Assembly: GCA_001825115.1 (NCBI GenBank) | Contig: MHUY01000016.1 | Coordinates: forward strand, 13,792-53,492 | Length of the DNA stretch: 39,701 nucleotides | Direction of reading: 5' to 3' | From: Candidatus Yonathbacteria bacterium RIFOXYC2_FULL_47_9 | GTDB lineage: Bacteria; Patescibacteriota; Minisyncoccia; Phycocordibacterales; UBA1550 | Shown here: one piece after another, positions 9,136-18,044 of the stretch | Position numbering within the stretch: position 1 is the first letter of the stretch | Layout of the letters: every line of letters starts with the position of its first letter | The notes under the pieces: model-generated | What the model saw: only the letters and a program-made list of their open reading frames with translations | Database searches by the model: none | What the model was told of the DNA's origin: nothing | Made by a program: the position numbers and the translations under genes

Positions 9136-9366
9136 TTAGTTGCTACACCAAGAGAACGTCATTACCTCGTTTTTATTTACAAAATACTCATAGTTTCCTT
9201 GGGTATTCTTGTAATTCTCTTGGTGTAGCTTTTGTATTTTAGCACATTTTTCTGGCAATACGCCACACTTATCCTTTAGATAGCATCTACTGGAACTTGA
9301 TGGTGGGAGTTTTAAGGGCTCTGTATATGACTCAAGTAATGCATACGCAAATTTGAGCATTTTCAC
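9136..9366 (-). CDS. Hypothetical small protein
   Basis: A 76-aa ORF lies directly upstream of, and co-oriented with, the recombinase gene. No motif was recognised. Confidence 0.3.
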   Translation of the reverse strand: MKMLKFAYALLESYTEPLKLPPSSSSRCYLKDKCGVLPEKCAKIQKLHQENYKNTQGNYEYFVNKNEVMTFSWCSN

Positions 9367-9496
9367 CAGTTTTTATGTAGCCACGGTATTTGAGATGCAC
9401 AATGCAAGCCCTTTGGGTAAAAACTAGTTTCTATTTTTATAAAAACTCGGTATTTCATTTTTACTTGTATACTTCATTCGCATCTGGAGATACTAC

Positions 9497-9560
9497 GGCA
9501 CAGATCAGACGGCAGGGTGGTAAGCGTGACAACCATTTCCCCTGCTTTCGCATCTGTGCC
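9497..9560. other. Extended imperfect hairpin in a 320-bp non-coding gap
   Basis: Three nested pairings: GGCACAGAT (9497-9505) with ATCTGTGCC (9552-9560), GCAGGG (9512-9517) with CCCTGC (9540-9545), and TGGT (9518-9521) with ACCA (9532-9535). Confidence 0.45.
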
Positions 9561-9688
9561 TTAACACCCCTTTTGATTTGCCACGACTGCTTACCTGCAT
9601 TCATGGTTTTGTTGGAGCTTCTTTCTACTCTCTGCCCCAAAAAGAGTTTATTGTGACATTTTCTTAGGACCTTTTTACAGACCCTGCA

Positions 9689-9877
9689 TTACCTGCGCAC
9701 TTGCGTAGACAATTCAGGATTAGCAACTTTCATCTTCAAACCCTCCGCTAAAATGTTCAGAAAAAGCAAACCAAGTTTGTTTAATTCATCTTCAGAAAAA
9801 GCATTGGCTTTCTCTTCGCCAACTTCTTTAATGAGCACCTTCTTCAAATCCGTTTTTGCCTTTTCGCTTAGCTCCAT
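9689..9877 (-). CDS. Hypothetical small helical protein
   Basis: A 62-aa charged, helical-looking ORF with no competing ORF. No motif was recognised. Confidence 0.35.
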   Translation of the reverse strand: MELSEKAKTDLKKVLIKEVGEEKANAFSEDELNKLGLLFLNILAEGLKMKVANPELSTQVRR

Positions 9878-9946
9878 CCACTAATCAGAACATTTCCAGG
9901 GAAACAAATCGCCGTAAATCCTTGTAAAAGACGATTTTGGCATTAT

Positions 9947-9978
9947 TAAAAATACCCTTTATATTAAAGGGTATTTTT
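9947..9978 (-). terminator. Hairpin terminator after ORF 10000..10848
   Basis: AAAAATACCCTTTA / TAAAGGGTATTTTT forms a perfect palindromic stem with flanking A/T runs. It lies about 20 nt past the stop codon. Confidence 0.55.
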
Positions 9979-9999
9979 AAGTACTATTAAGTTTTCCAC

Positions 10000-10848
10000 T
10001 CATTTACCAGGTTTTACCTGTTGTTTCTTTTTAACGTACGTATCCTTGCTGATGCGACTAATTTTAATCCTGCAAATGTAACGTCCATCCTTTCTGATAA
10101 TAATTGTAGTAGGCTTATATTTTAACTTGCTGTAAAGTGGGTTTACTTTGACACAATTCCAGTACTTATCTGCCTGATCTACATAATTTTCAACATAAAT
10201 ACAGTCATTATTTTTTGTATCAGATAAATCATATAATAGCTGCCCGCTACTCCCGTTAGACATCTTTTTTTCAATTGGTTGCCCGTAAACCTTATTAACA
10301 ATCAGTGTGTACGTACCCTGCCCATCTATTACCCCTACTACCGTGAGTTCGCTCACGCCTCCTTCACTAGGGGTTTCTGGGTATAACCTACCTATTTTCG
10401 CCCTAGCATCGCGTAAAATAGGTAATTTTAAGCGTATCTCAGTAGCAATATCTCGAAGCATTTCGTTGCTTACTGAATTATAAGTCTCATCAGTTTTTTC
10501 TACATGTATTGATAATGGGATAGAGTCGCTCTCTGAAAAGATCTCATATTCATTCTGAAAGTTTTTTGTATCCATCTTAAAAAACTTCCTGCACTGTACT
10601 TTCCATGCAATATAGAGTTCTCGAACTTCGTGATAATACAATGAGTCCGAAGCAATGTTTCTTTCAGCAATATGGCTTGGAGTACATGCCGTTATAAAAG
10701 CACCGACATCAATAAGTTCCTCAATTTTATTTGTTTGGTCTTCTAGTGGGAACTTTCCCAAGAATTCTGACAAGTCCATAAATCGCGGACGGACTAGTCC
10801 CCTATTTACAGTATTTTTCTCTTCCCCTTTGTTCCCCGCTTTTTTCAT
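10000..10848 (-). CDS. Hypothetical protein
   Basis: A 282-aa ORF with an ATG start and its own terminator. No motif was recognised. Confidence 0.55.
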   Translation of the reverse strand: MKKAGNKGEEKNTVNRGLVRPRFMDLSEFLGKFPLEDQTNKIEELIDVGAFITACTPSHIAERNIASDSLYYHEVRELYIAWKVQCRKFFKMDTKNFQNEYEIFSESDSIPLSIHVEKTDETYNSVSNEMLRDIATEIRLKLPILRDARAKIGRLYPETPSEGGVSELTVVGVIDGQGTYTLIVNKVYGQPIEKKMSNGSSGQLLYDLSDTKNNDCIYVENYVDQADKYWNCVKVNPLYSKLKYKPTTIIIRKDGRYICRIKISRISKDTYVKKKQQVKPGK

Positions 10849-11073
10849 AAATATGGTAATATACTAGCACAACTGAATAAAGAAGTAGCCTAAACTATTG
10901 AGCAATCGGTGGCATGGCGAAAAAGTCCTGACAGACATAAAAAACCCATCATGTGGGGTTGTCTGTCAGGCCATACAGGGAAACTTGTATGAACGGCTTC
11001 GGTCGTTGACCACGTGGTGGGCTTTTTGTTGTTAAGCCACACCACAATTTTATAAAAAATAATCTTGCTGGAT

Positions 11074-12384
11074 ATGGGAAACACACATAAAAAAATCGCT
11101 GGTGTAACACTCTTTCTTTTCATAATCACGCCATCGATAGCACTTGCCTCGTGGTGGAATCCATTCTCGTGGTTCAAGCAAAGCAACTCCAATCCACAGA
11201 CTAAGGCACAATCAACGGTGGTGCGCGACAATACCGTTGTTGCCTCCATAGAAACTCCTCGTGTAGCACAGAAAGAAACTAAAGTGTCAGCGACCCAGCC
11301 CTCACTCACAACACTCTCAAACAAAAAGATTATCTCAAAAATGAAGCCGGCTGTCGTTTATATCGAAACAACTGATAGTGCTGGGAGCGGTATGATTTTG
11401 AGCCAAGATGGATATATTCTCACGAATGCTCATGTGGTATACGACACCTCTACCGCAAAAATTAAACTTTCAGACGGCAGAGTTTTTACTGCTTCAGTAG
11501 TCGGTAGGGATGAAAATATTGATTTAGCCGTTTTAAAAATTGACGGCAGTAATTTCCCTAACGTTAAATTAGGAGATTCTGATAATGTTGCTCAAGGGGA
11601 CGAAGTCTTCACTCTTGGCTATCCTTTTGGACTCGAAGGAGATGTAAGTTTTAAGGAGGGAACAATTTCAAGAACAATTTCGGACAAAAGCGCCACATAC
11701 TTAGAGACTTCTGCTGAAATTCATCCAGGGAACAGCGGCGGACCACTAGTCAATAAGTATGGGGAAGTTATCGGGATAAATACTGCATCATTAGGTAGTT
11801 CAATAAAGGGAGTAGTTATTGGAGAAACTATAAAGTTAGCTATACCAGTAAATGTTGCGATTTCTCTCATTCCTGATTTAAAAAGGGGCAGAAATGTTGT
11901 TATTAAACACGAAAAACCCACAACGGTAGCGGCTTCTGGAGGCTCCAGTTCTACTGAAGGAAACTCCACTGCTGTAACATTTGCAATGAAAGCACAGTGT
12001 GCTTCATACAAGGACAAAATTGAAGATGAAATTTCTAGTATAAATTATTCTTCAAAAACCCGAGCTGAGACTAAAGATGGGGCAGGGGCAGGAATGACCG
12101 TTCGTTTTGGAGAAATCTTCTACAGTCCTGTTACTAACAGCTGTCTGTACACAGAAACAGTCTTTATGGATAACACATGGATGATCGGTACTCAGTTCGC
12201 CTATGCCATTCCTGGACTAACTGCAGAACACCACACAAGTGTCACATACAGAATTATAGACGTCCTGGAAAACAACGGATTATACGCGATTGTGCTAAAT
12301 CCGGGCGAGTGGGCAAAAATACTTAGCGGTTCCCCAAAAGTTACCGAATTTCACAACAAGGTTGATTATTATAAGGGAAAATAG
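11074..12384 (+). CDS. Secreted trypsin-like (S1C/HtrA-like) serine protease with a non-PDZ C-terminal domain
   Basis: The catalytic triad context is TNAHVV, DLAVLKI and GNSGGPLV. There is an N-terminal signal/TM segment (KIAGVTLFLFIITPSIALA). The last ~150 aa do not look like a PDZ domain. Position 11065 is TTG and the ATG is at 11074. Confidence 0.85.
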   Translation: MGNTHKKIAGVTLFLFIITPSIALASWWNPFSWFKQSNSNPQTKAQSTVVRDNTVVASIETPRVAQKETKVSATQPSLTTLSNKKIISKMKPAVVYIETTDSAGSGMILSQDGYILTNAHVVYDTSTAKIKLSDGRVFTASVVGRDENIDLAVLKIDGSNFPNVKLGDSDNVAQGDEVFTLGYPFGLEGDVSFKEGTISRTISDKSATYLETSAEIHPGNSGGPLVNKYGEVIGINTASLGSSIKGVVIGETIKLAIPVNVAISLIPDLKRGRNVVIKHEKPTTVAASGGSSSTEGNSTAVTFAMKAQCASYKDKIEDEISSINYSSKTRAETKDGAGAGMTVRFGEIFYSPVTNSCLYTETVFMDNTWMIGTQFAYAIPGLTAEHHTSVTYRIIDVLENNGLYAIVLNPGEWAKILSGSPKVTEFHNKVDYYKGK

Positions 12385-12390
12385 AATTCT

Positions 12391-12657
12391 ATGAATACAC
12401 CCGACACAAAAGACATGCAGCAACGGATTGATGAAGAAGTTTCAGAAAGTCATTTTTACGGCTGGAATCTTCTTATTAACGGACTTGTCGCCATGGCCCC
12501 TGCAGGCGTAGTTATTCAGATCCTAAAAGAGCTAGGCGTGCGTGGTGGCTTAGTGATTGCAGGTATTTTCTTCGGATTTATTTACTTAGTAGGGCTTGCT
12601 AGAGAAAAAATTAGTAGTAGGAAAAATAAAACATTCACGGAGGGCGACAATCGGTAA
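12391..12657 (+). CDS. Small membrane protein
   Basis: An 88-aa ORF starting 7 nt after the protease stop, with two hydrophobic helices. Confidence 0.5.
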   Translation: MNTPDTKDMQQRIDEEVSESHFYGWNLLINGLVAMAPAGVVIQILKELGVRGGLVIAGIFFGFIYLVGLAREKISSRKNKTFTEGDNR

Positions 12658-12678
12658 CGAAGTTTCCATAATTTGCAC

Positions 12679-12945
12679 ATGAAAACCTTTGCAAAAAACA
12701 TCCTAAAATTTCTTAGGCTATACCTTTATGCACTTTGGATAGGGCTACTTAATTTACCGCGCCTTATTCTTGGAATGGCACTTTTCTTTTTACCAATTTA
12801 TATACTAGGGAATGCTACATTTTTCATTCTTCCAAAAAATGAACTCTTCAGCCTCTTTAGCTCTATATCTGCAATTCTGGCAGGCCTTTACATTTTAGAG
12901 GAAACTCGGTACGGGGATTTTGTTAAACGTATCTTTCCTTTTTAA
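12679..12945 (+). CDS. Small membrane protein
   Basis: An ~88-aa protein with three hydrophobic segments. The ORF-track start at 12673 is TTG; the ATG is at 12679. Confidence 0.5.
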   Translation: MKTFAKNILKFLRLYLYALWIGLLNLPRLILGMALFFLPIYILGNATFFILPKNELFSLFSSISAILAGLYILEETRYGDFVKRIFPF

Positions 12946-12982
12946 TACCGACTTTTCTTAAACATAATTTACTATAAAAAAC

Positions 12983-13168
12983 ATGAACGAAAAATTCACA
13001 ATCCTCGGCGAAGTATTCGAACGTAAACATTTTCCCAATATAGCCAGAATGTTCGATAGAGACCCATCTAACACCGAGCAACAAATTCAGTCTATCGCAA
13101 ATGCCTGGCATGAAGGCAGCATCGTGTCCGCAGCAATAGCATTTGAAAGCGATTTAGGATATAAATAA
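12983..13168 (+). CDS. Hypothetical small protein
   Basis: A 61-aa ORF in the same orientation as its neighbours. No motif was recognised. Confidence 0.3.
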   Translation: MNEKFTILGEVFERKHFPNIARMFDRDPSNTEQQIQSIANAWHEGSIVSAAIAFESDLGYK

Positions 13169-13180
13169 CAATCAAAAATC

Positions 13181-13354
13181 ATGACATCCTTAGTTATTTA
13201 TGAGTATCAATGTAATAATTGCAGAAATGGGTTTAACAAAGAGAAAAGGCGCGCAGTGTGCCCATATTGCAGGACAAAACCACCAATCTCAGGTCACTTC
13301 AGGGCTTGGTGCATAAGGAACGTAATACCGCGTCTTAGGAAATTCCTTCCATAA
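13181..13354 (+). CDS. Zinc-ribbon small protein (FmdB-like CxxC...CxxC), below the ORF-track size cut-off
   Basis: My translation is MTSLVIYEYQCNNCRNGFNKEKRRAVCPYCRTKPPISGHFRAWCIRNVIPRLRKFLP (57 aa). YEYxCxxC...CPxC is the FmdB-type zinc-ribbon signature. Confidence 0.5.
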   Translation: MTSLVIYEYQCNNCRNGFNKEKRRAVCPYCRTKPPISGHFRAWCIRNVIPRLRKFLP

Positions 13355-13372
13355 AAACAAGACTCCTTAGGT

Positions 13373-13708
13373 ATGCCAAAAACTATACAAATACAACTCC
13401 CCGACAACCTAAGCCATTGGTTTGGACAACAAGTGTATTTAACACGTGGCCTCAATAATTCTGTACGCGTAGCCTCTGTTGAGAAACACAAGGAAACAGA
13501 AAAACTTATTGGGAAATATGCCCACGAACAAATGCCCGACCAACCAAGAATGGCAGAATTCCTGCTTGCCGGCACGACAGAAGCAACCATCACCAATGAT
13601 GGCATAATATCCCTCCATGAAGGCTTGAGCCGTCACCTGGGAAGTGCTAGCTACCAAACAGTGGAAACGCCAGAAGGTCTCGTCATAAAGCGCCTAGAGT
13701 CATTTTAG
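13373..13708 (+). CDS. Hypothetical protein
   Basis: A 111-aa ORF. It shows only a vague AbrB/SpoVT-like feel (ITNDGIISLHEGLSRHLG), which is not enough for a call. Confidence 0.4.
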   Translation: MPKTIQIQLPDNLSHWFGQQVYLTRGLNNSVRVASVEKHKETEKLIGKYAHEQMPDQPRMAEFLLAGTTEATITNDGIISLHEGLSRHLGSASYQTVETPEGLVIKRLESF

Positions 13709-13778
13709 GCCGCACCTTTCCTGGAAGGCCCCAAAAAGGTTAGGTTTGGTTAAGTCACCTTCCCCTTTATTGGCTTCA

Positions 13779-14360
13779 CTACATACCACTATAGACATGT
13801 TTAACAATCCCCAGCATTTCTTGCGGGGAATTGTTTTTACCTCCAATGCGCCCCTTTAAAGTATTGTAGAAATTAACAGCACTAAGTTTTACCTTAAAAT
13901 CTACATTCTGCATCGCCAGAAACATTAACTGCTTTTCCATAAACTTATCGTTGAAACCATCCGCCTCAATCAACTGATTGATTCTACGTAAAATGTTAGG
14001 TTTGGTTAGGAGATCGCTTGCCATCACTCTACATGTGCCGTAACTCGTTTGCCCAACCTTTTTATCGTTCCCAACATTAATTCCATAGGCCTTAATGTAA
14101 CTCTGCGTCCCGTTTGAAAAATAACCAACCTTTCTTGTGAACAACTCACAAAATAACTCTTGCTGAGCATTTAAGCCGTCTTTGTTTACCATTCTGTTTC
14201 CACGCGCCCCACCTTTACTCAAGAGGGCATCCGTTACTCTCTCTTTAAGTTCTGGCAACTCGAAGTTCACGCCAATAGGCTTATTCGCCTTTTCTTGTAG
14301 GGAGGATTGTTCCTTGTTTTTTGCGCGATGCATACAATTCATTATCACATGAATCGCCAT
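13779..14360 (-). CDS. Phage terminase small subunit-like protein
   Basis: LNAQQELFCELFTRK...NGTQSYIKAYG...ASDLLTKPNILRRINQL follows the pattern of Terminase_2-type TerS proteins (L-x-x-x-Q-x-x-F-C, N-x-T-Q-[AS]-Y-I-x-A-[GY], L-L-x-K-P-x-I). Confidence 0.6.
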   Translation of the reverse strand: MAIHVIMNCMHRAKNKEQSSLQEKANKPIGVNFELPELKERVTDALLSKGGARGNRMVNKDGLNAQQELFCELFTRKVGYFSNGTQSYIKAYGINVGNDKKVGQTSYGTCRVMASDLLTKPNILRRINQLIEADGFNDKFMEKQLMFLAMQNVDFKVKLSAVNFYNTLKGRIGGKNNSPQEMLGIVKHVYSGM

Positions 14361-14450
14361 ATATTAGGAGCCTCAACCTGCTGTTTCCACAGTTTCTTGA
14401 AAAGCTCCATCAAGGGACACGGAATCCTAAGAAATCCTAAGATATATAAA

Positions 14451-15032
14451 CTATCTTTTAGTTAAGAAATTAAGCAATTCAGCTCTATTTACATACCTTT
14501 TACCTCCGATGTTTACTTCCTTTAGACTCCCTGAAATCACCAACTTCTCTAGCTTGGCAGTTGATATAATCTTTTTCCCAGAGATGTCCTTAAATGAGAC
14601 ATATTTTTGATCAATTTCCTTTTGTGTGTCTTTTTTATATTTTTTAAACGAAACTTTTTCCCCAGAGGCAATGTCGGTGACGGTGGCCCTGGACATAATA
14701 CGTTTCATTTGGGGGGCGACAATAGCTAACATCGACAGCTCTTCCCCATTGAAATACTCTACCTTATTCAACCCAAAACGAAGTCCAATATCATTCCCGA
14801 TTCTCATGGCGTCATTCTTGTCCTCTACATAAACAATGCAATCCCCGCCTTCCAAATCGTGAGGCTGGCTATTTTTCGTCAGATAATGCTCCATGGACCT
14901 AAAAAGGCTCTCCTTTGACCGCCCCGAAGGGTGCCACAGAAAATCCGATGGTGAGATTCTAATATATTCTCTTTTGGTCTTTTCTTTCATTGTTTTATAA
15001 CCACTCTCTGAATGAACCCCGAGAAACCCCAT
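14451..15032 (-). CDS. Protein with a C-terminal excisionase/MerR-type helix-turn-helix
   Basis: The C-terminus LKEVNIGGKRYVNRAELLNFLTKR is the typical excisionase-family HTH ending. The N-terminal part is not recognised. Confidence 0.5.
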   Translation of the reverse strand: MGFLGVHSESGYKTMKEKTKREYIRISPSDFLWHPSGRSKESLFRSMEHYLTKNSQPHDLEGGDCIVYVEDKNDAMRIGNDIGLRFGLNKVEYFNGEELSMLAIVAPQMKRIMSRATVTDIASGEKVSFKKYKKDTQKEIDQKYVSFKDISGKKIISTAKLEKLVISGSLKEVNIGGKRYVNRAELLNFLTKR

Positions 15033-15053
15033 CTGCTTTCGTTAAGGTGAAGA

Positions 15054-18035
15054 CTACTTCGCCCCACTCCCCGCCCCAACTTTCCGCACCACGTATTCAA
15101 ACACACGCTCTTGCACGAACTTCTTGAGCTCGGGACTCTGGTCGAGTTTTTGATAGAGACTAAAGTGGCTATCGAGGACACCCACAAGTTCATCTTGGAA
15201 AAGTGTATCGAACTTAAGCTTAGCCGAGTCTTTACTGTTATTCTTGATCGAACCTTGTAAAACATCACTTTTCAAAAGTCGCATACTTAGGTCATTCAAA
15301 ATAACACGATCGGCATCATTAAAGTTTGTCCCGTACCGCTCGTTGATCTCCTTAATGATTTTCGACAACGCATCAATTTCTTCTTCACTTCCACCACGTT
15401 CGCTTCCACCGCCACCCATGGGGTCAATCTCTCCGTCTTTGTTTTCCAGAGCGACATTCACTTCTCCTTTCTTCTCAACCTTGTATGATTCCATATCAAT
15501 TGCTTCGAGCACTTCGTATGGAAGAGGATTCTCGCGGCGGGGAAGTTTTTTCAACAAGTACTTTAGGAAAATATATAGCTTCTCGAGTTGTGGATCCTCA
15601 AAGGTTACAATCTGCGAAATGAATGCGTACTTCTTGAGATAATCGGCAACAACCGACTTGAAATCCTCCATTTCTTCCTCAGTAAGATTTTCTGAAGTAA
15701 TGCGTGCAATCACCTCATCAATAATATGATTGAGCTTATCTGGTGTTGCCCCCGCAAAAAGCTCATCCACGAAACCATTCACCTCAAAATCGCTAAAAAA
15801 TTTAAATCCGCGCACATCACGCTCAAGGTCATGCAAGATATTAGGGTTTGTGGCCTCTGAAAGAATGGTTGTTGTATAGTAGGGCTGAAATGCTTCCTTT
15901 ATTTCATCAGTGTCGTTCACAAAGTCGAGGACAAATGTTTCATTCTTACCGTATGTCGTACGATTAAGGCGTGAGAGTGTCTGCACTGCATTCACCCCCC
16001 CCAATTTTTTATCAACATACATCACCGAAAGAAGTGGCTGGTCAAACCCTGTCTGAAACTTTTCTGCGACAATCAAAAATTTATACTCATCCTTTTTAAA
16101 CTCTTCTGCCGTTAAACTTTCCGAGACACCATTCATTTGTGTTTCAGTGTATTCAAGCTTTGTATCAGGGTCTTTGACAGTACCCGAAAATGCCACGAGT
16201 GCTCTATGTGCATAACCATGCTCTTTAAAATACTTATCTATCACAAGCTTGTAGCGTACCGCGTGAAGTCTCGACTTGGTAACTACCATTGCTTTTGCCT
16301 TCCCTCCAATCAATCGCTCAATCTTTTCCTCAAAATGCTCTGTCATAATAGCAACCTTCTTCTCGATTGCATGCTCATGTCGCTCTACATATCCTACCAA
16401 AAGTCGCTGAGCTTTCTTCTTGTCAAATTCTGGGTCATCCTCAACTTTCTTCAGGAGCCCGAAATATGTTTCGTACATCGTATAGTTTTTGAGAACATCG
16501 AGAATGAATTTTTCCTCAATCGCCTGCTTCATAGAGTACAAAGAAAACGGCACAAACTTTCCTGTTAGTGCATCTTCGGTACCGAAAAGCTCCAATGTCT
16601 TTTGTTTTGGCGTAGCAGTAAAAGCAAAAAAGCTGAGGTGTGGCGCTGACACCTTTCGTGCCTTCATGCGTTCAATAAGCTGGTCCTCGACAGTCTTGAA
16701 AGCACTCTCGGCTTTCTCTTCGTCCGTCTCCGCCTCGTCCAGAGATAGCACCTGACGCAAATCAGCAGCCGATTCCCCCGACTGAGAAGAGTGGGCTTCA
16801 TCAACAATGACAGCAAAGCGTTTCCCTTCGATGTTCTCCACTGCGTCAACAATTACAGGGAATTTCTGAAGCGTGCTTGTGATGATCCGCACACCGCTTT
16901 CAAGAGCTTCCTTGAGCTCCTTTGAGCCGTTTTCAATATGTCTCACCAGCCCAACTACCTGGCTAAAACTTTTGACGGTATCCGAAAGTTGCTTATCGAG
17001 TACACGGCGGTCAGTAATCACAATCACCCCATCAAATACATTTTCTCCTTTGTCGTTGTGAAGCGAGGCAAGTCTGTGCGCAGTCCATGCGATGGTATTG
17101 GACTTTCCAGACCCTGCACTATGTTGAATAAGGTAATTCTTCCCAGCACCATGCTCTTCAGCATCTCTTACTATTCTTCGCACTGTTTCGAGCTGGTGAT
17201 AGCGAGGGAAGATGATTTTATTCTCTCTTCTTTTCTTTCCATTCTTATCTTCTTTTTCCTCAGTAACTTCCTGAATAAAATTGTGAACAAGGTCAAAGAT
17301 ACTATCCTTCGCCCATACCTCCCCCCAAAGATAATGCGTCTTGTACTTCCCTTCTGGTGCTGCTGGATTCTCTGACGATCCCTTGTTCCCCTTATTGAAT
17401 GGCAAGAAATATGTAGTAAGCCCTGATAGTCGTGTCGTCATATACACCTGCTCGGTATCAACAGCAAAGTGCGTGAGGCAACGCTTGAATGAAAGTAGTT
17501 TCTCCTTCTGGTCACGGTCAGTTTTATACTGCGCGACCGCGTTGATAACATTCTGCCCTGTAAATTGATTCTTGAGTTCAGTAGTAAAAAGTGGAAGCCC
17601 GTTCACAAAAAGCACCATGTCAATCGAGTTTTCATTTTGTGCGCTGTATTTTACTTGGCGCATCACACTCAAGATATTTCCCGTATAGTCAGCTACGGTC
17701 TCAGGGTTTTTATCGTTCTCTGGCTGGCGAAACGCCATCGTGACACGCACTCCACGGTCGGTAATACCGCCACGGAGCACATCAAGGAGCCCGCGCTCTA
17801 CAATTTCTTCATCAAGACGTTTCAAAAATTGTGCAGAAGCATCATCACCATATTGTTCTACAATTTTCGCCCACGCATCACTTTGAGTTTTCTGAACGAA
17901 CTCAAGTACAAGTTCTGAGTCCATCGCAAGCGATTTGTTGTACATGCTTGCTGTTCGTGAGCGATAGCCATGAAGCCCCGCGAGCTCCTGCTCGATGAAT
18001 TCTTCAAACCCTGATTCTCTTGTGTTTGTTTTCAT
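15054..18035 (-). CDS. hsdR: Type I restriction enzyme, R subunit
   Basis: The protein is 993 aa. It has helicase motif I (HSAGSGKSNTIAW), a DEAH box (VIVDEAHSSQSG) and an N-terminal nuclease-region layout. It is the last gene of an hsdM-hsdS-hsdR operon. Confidence 0.92.
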   Translation of the reverse strand: MKTNTRESGFEEFIEQELAGLHGYRSRTASMYNKSLAMDSELVLEFVQKTQSDAWAKIVEQYGDDASAQFLKRLDEEIVERGLLDVLRGGITDRGVRVTMAFRQPENDKNPETVADYTGNILSVMRQVKYSAQNENSIDMVLFVNGLPLFTTELKNQFTGQNVINAVAQYKTDRDQKEKLLSFKRCLTHFAVDTEQVYMTTRLSGLTTYFLPFNKGNKGSSENPAAPEGKYKTHYLWGEVWAKDSIFDLVHNFIQEVTEEKEDKNGKKRRENKIIFPRYHQLETVRRIVRDAEEHGAGKNYLIQHSAGSGKSNTIAWTAHRLASLHNDKGENVFDGVIVITDRRVLDKQLSDTVKSFSQVVGLVRHIENGSKELKEALESGVRIITSTLQKFPVIVDAVENIEGKRFAVIVDEAHSSQSGESAADLRQVLSLDEAETDEEKAESAFKTVEDQLIERMKARKVSAPHLSFFAFTATPKQKTLELFGTEDALTGKFVPFSLYSMKQAIEEKFILDVLKNYTMYETYFGLLKKVEDDPEFDKKKAQRLLVGYVERHEHAIEKKVAIMTEHFEEKIERLIGGKAKAMVVTKSRLHAVRYKLVIDKYFKEHGYAHRALVAFSGTVKDPDTKLEYTETQMNGVSESLTAEEFKKDEYKFLIVAEKFQTGFDQPLLSVMYVDKKLGGVNAVQTLSRLNRTTYGKNETFVLDFVNDTDEIKEAFQPYYTTTILSEATNPNILHDLERDVRGFKFFSDFEVNGFVDELFAGATPDKLNHIIDEVIARITSENLTEEEMEDFKSVVADYLKKYAFISQIVTFEDPQLEKLYIFLKYLLKKLPRRENPLPYEVLEAIDMESYKVEKKGEVNVALENKDGEIDPMGGGGSERGGSEEEIDALSKIIKEINERYGTNFNDADRVILNDLSMRLLKSDVLQGSIKNNSKDSAKLKFDTLFQDELVGVLDSHFSLYQKLDQSPELKKFVQERVFEYVVRKVGAGSGAK

Positions 18036-18044
18036 ATTTTGTGT

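Noticed and set aside
9390-9656. An 88-aa plus-strand ORF covers the hairpin region.
   Set aside because: It spans the nested inverted repeat, has Cys/Phe/Leu-rich nonsense-like composition, and has no RBS or neighbouring co-oriented gene.
10890-11324. A 144-aa minus-strand ORF lies here.
   Set aside because: It overlaps the 5' end and signal peptide of the well-supported protease gene on the other strand. No motif was found.
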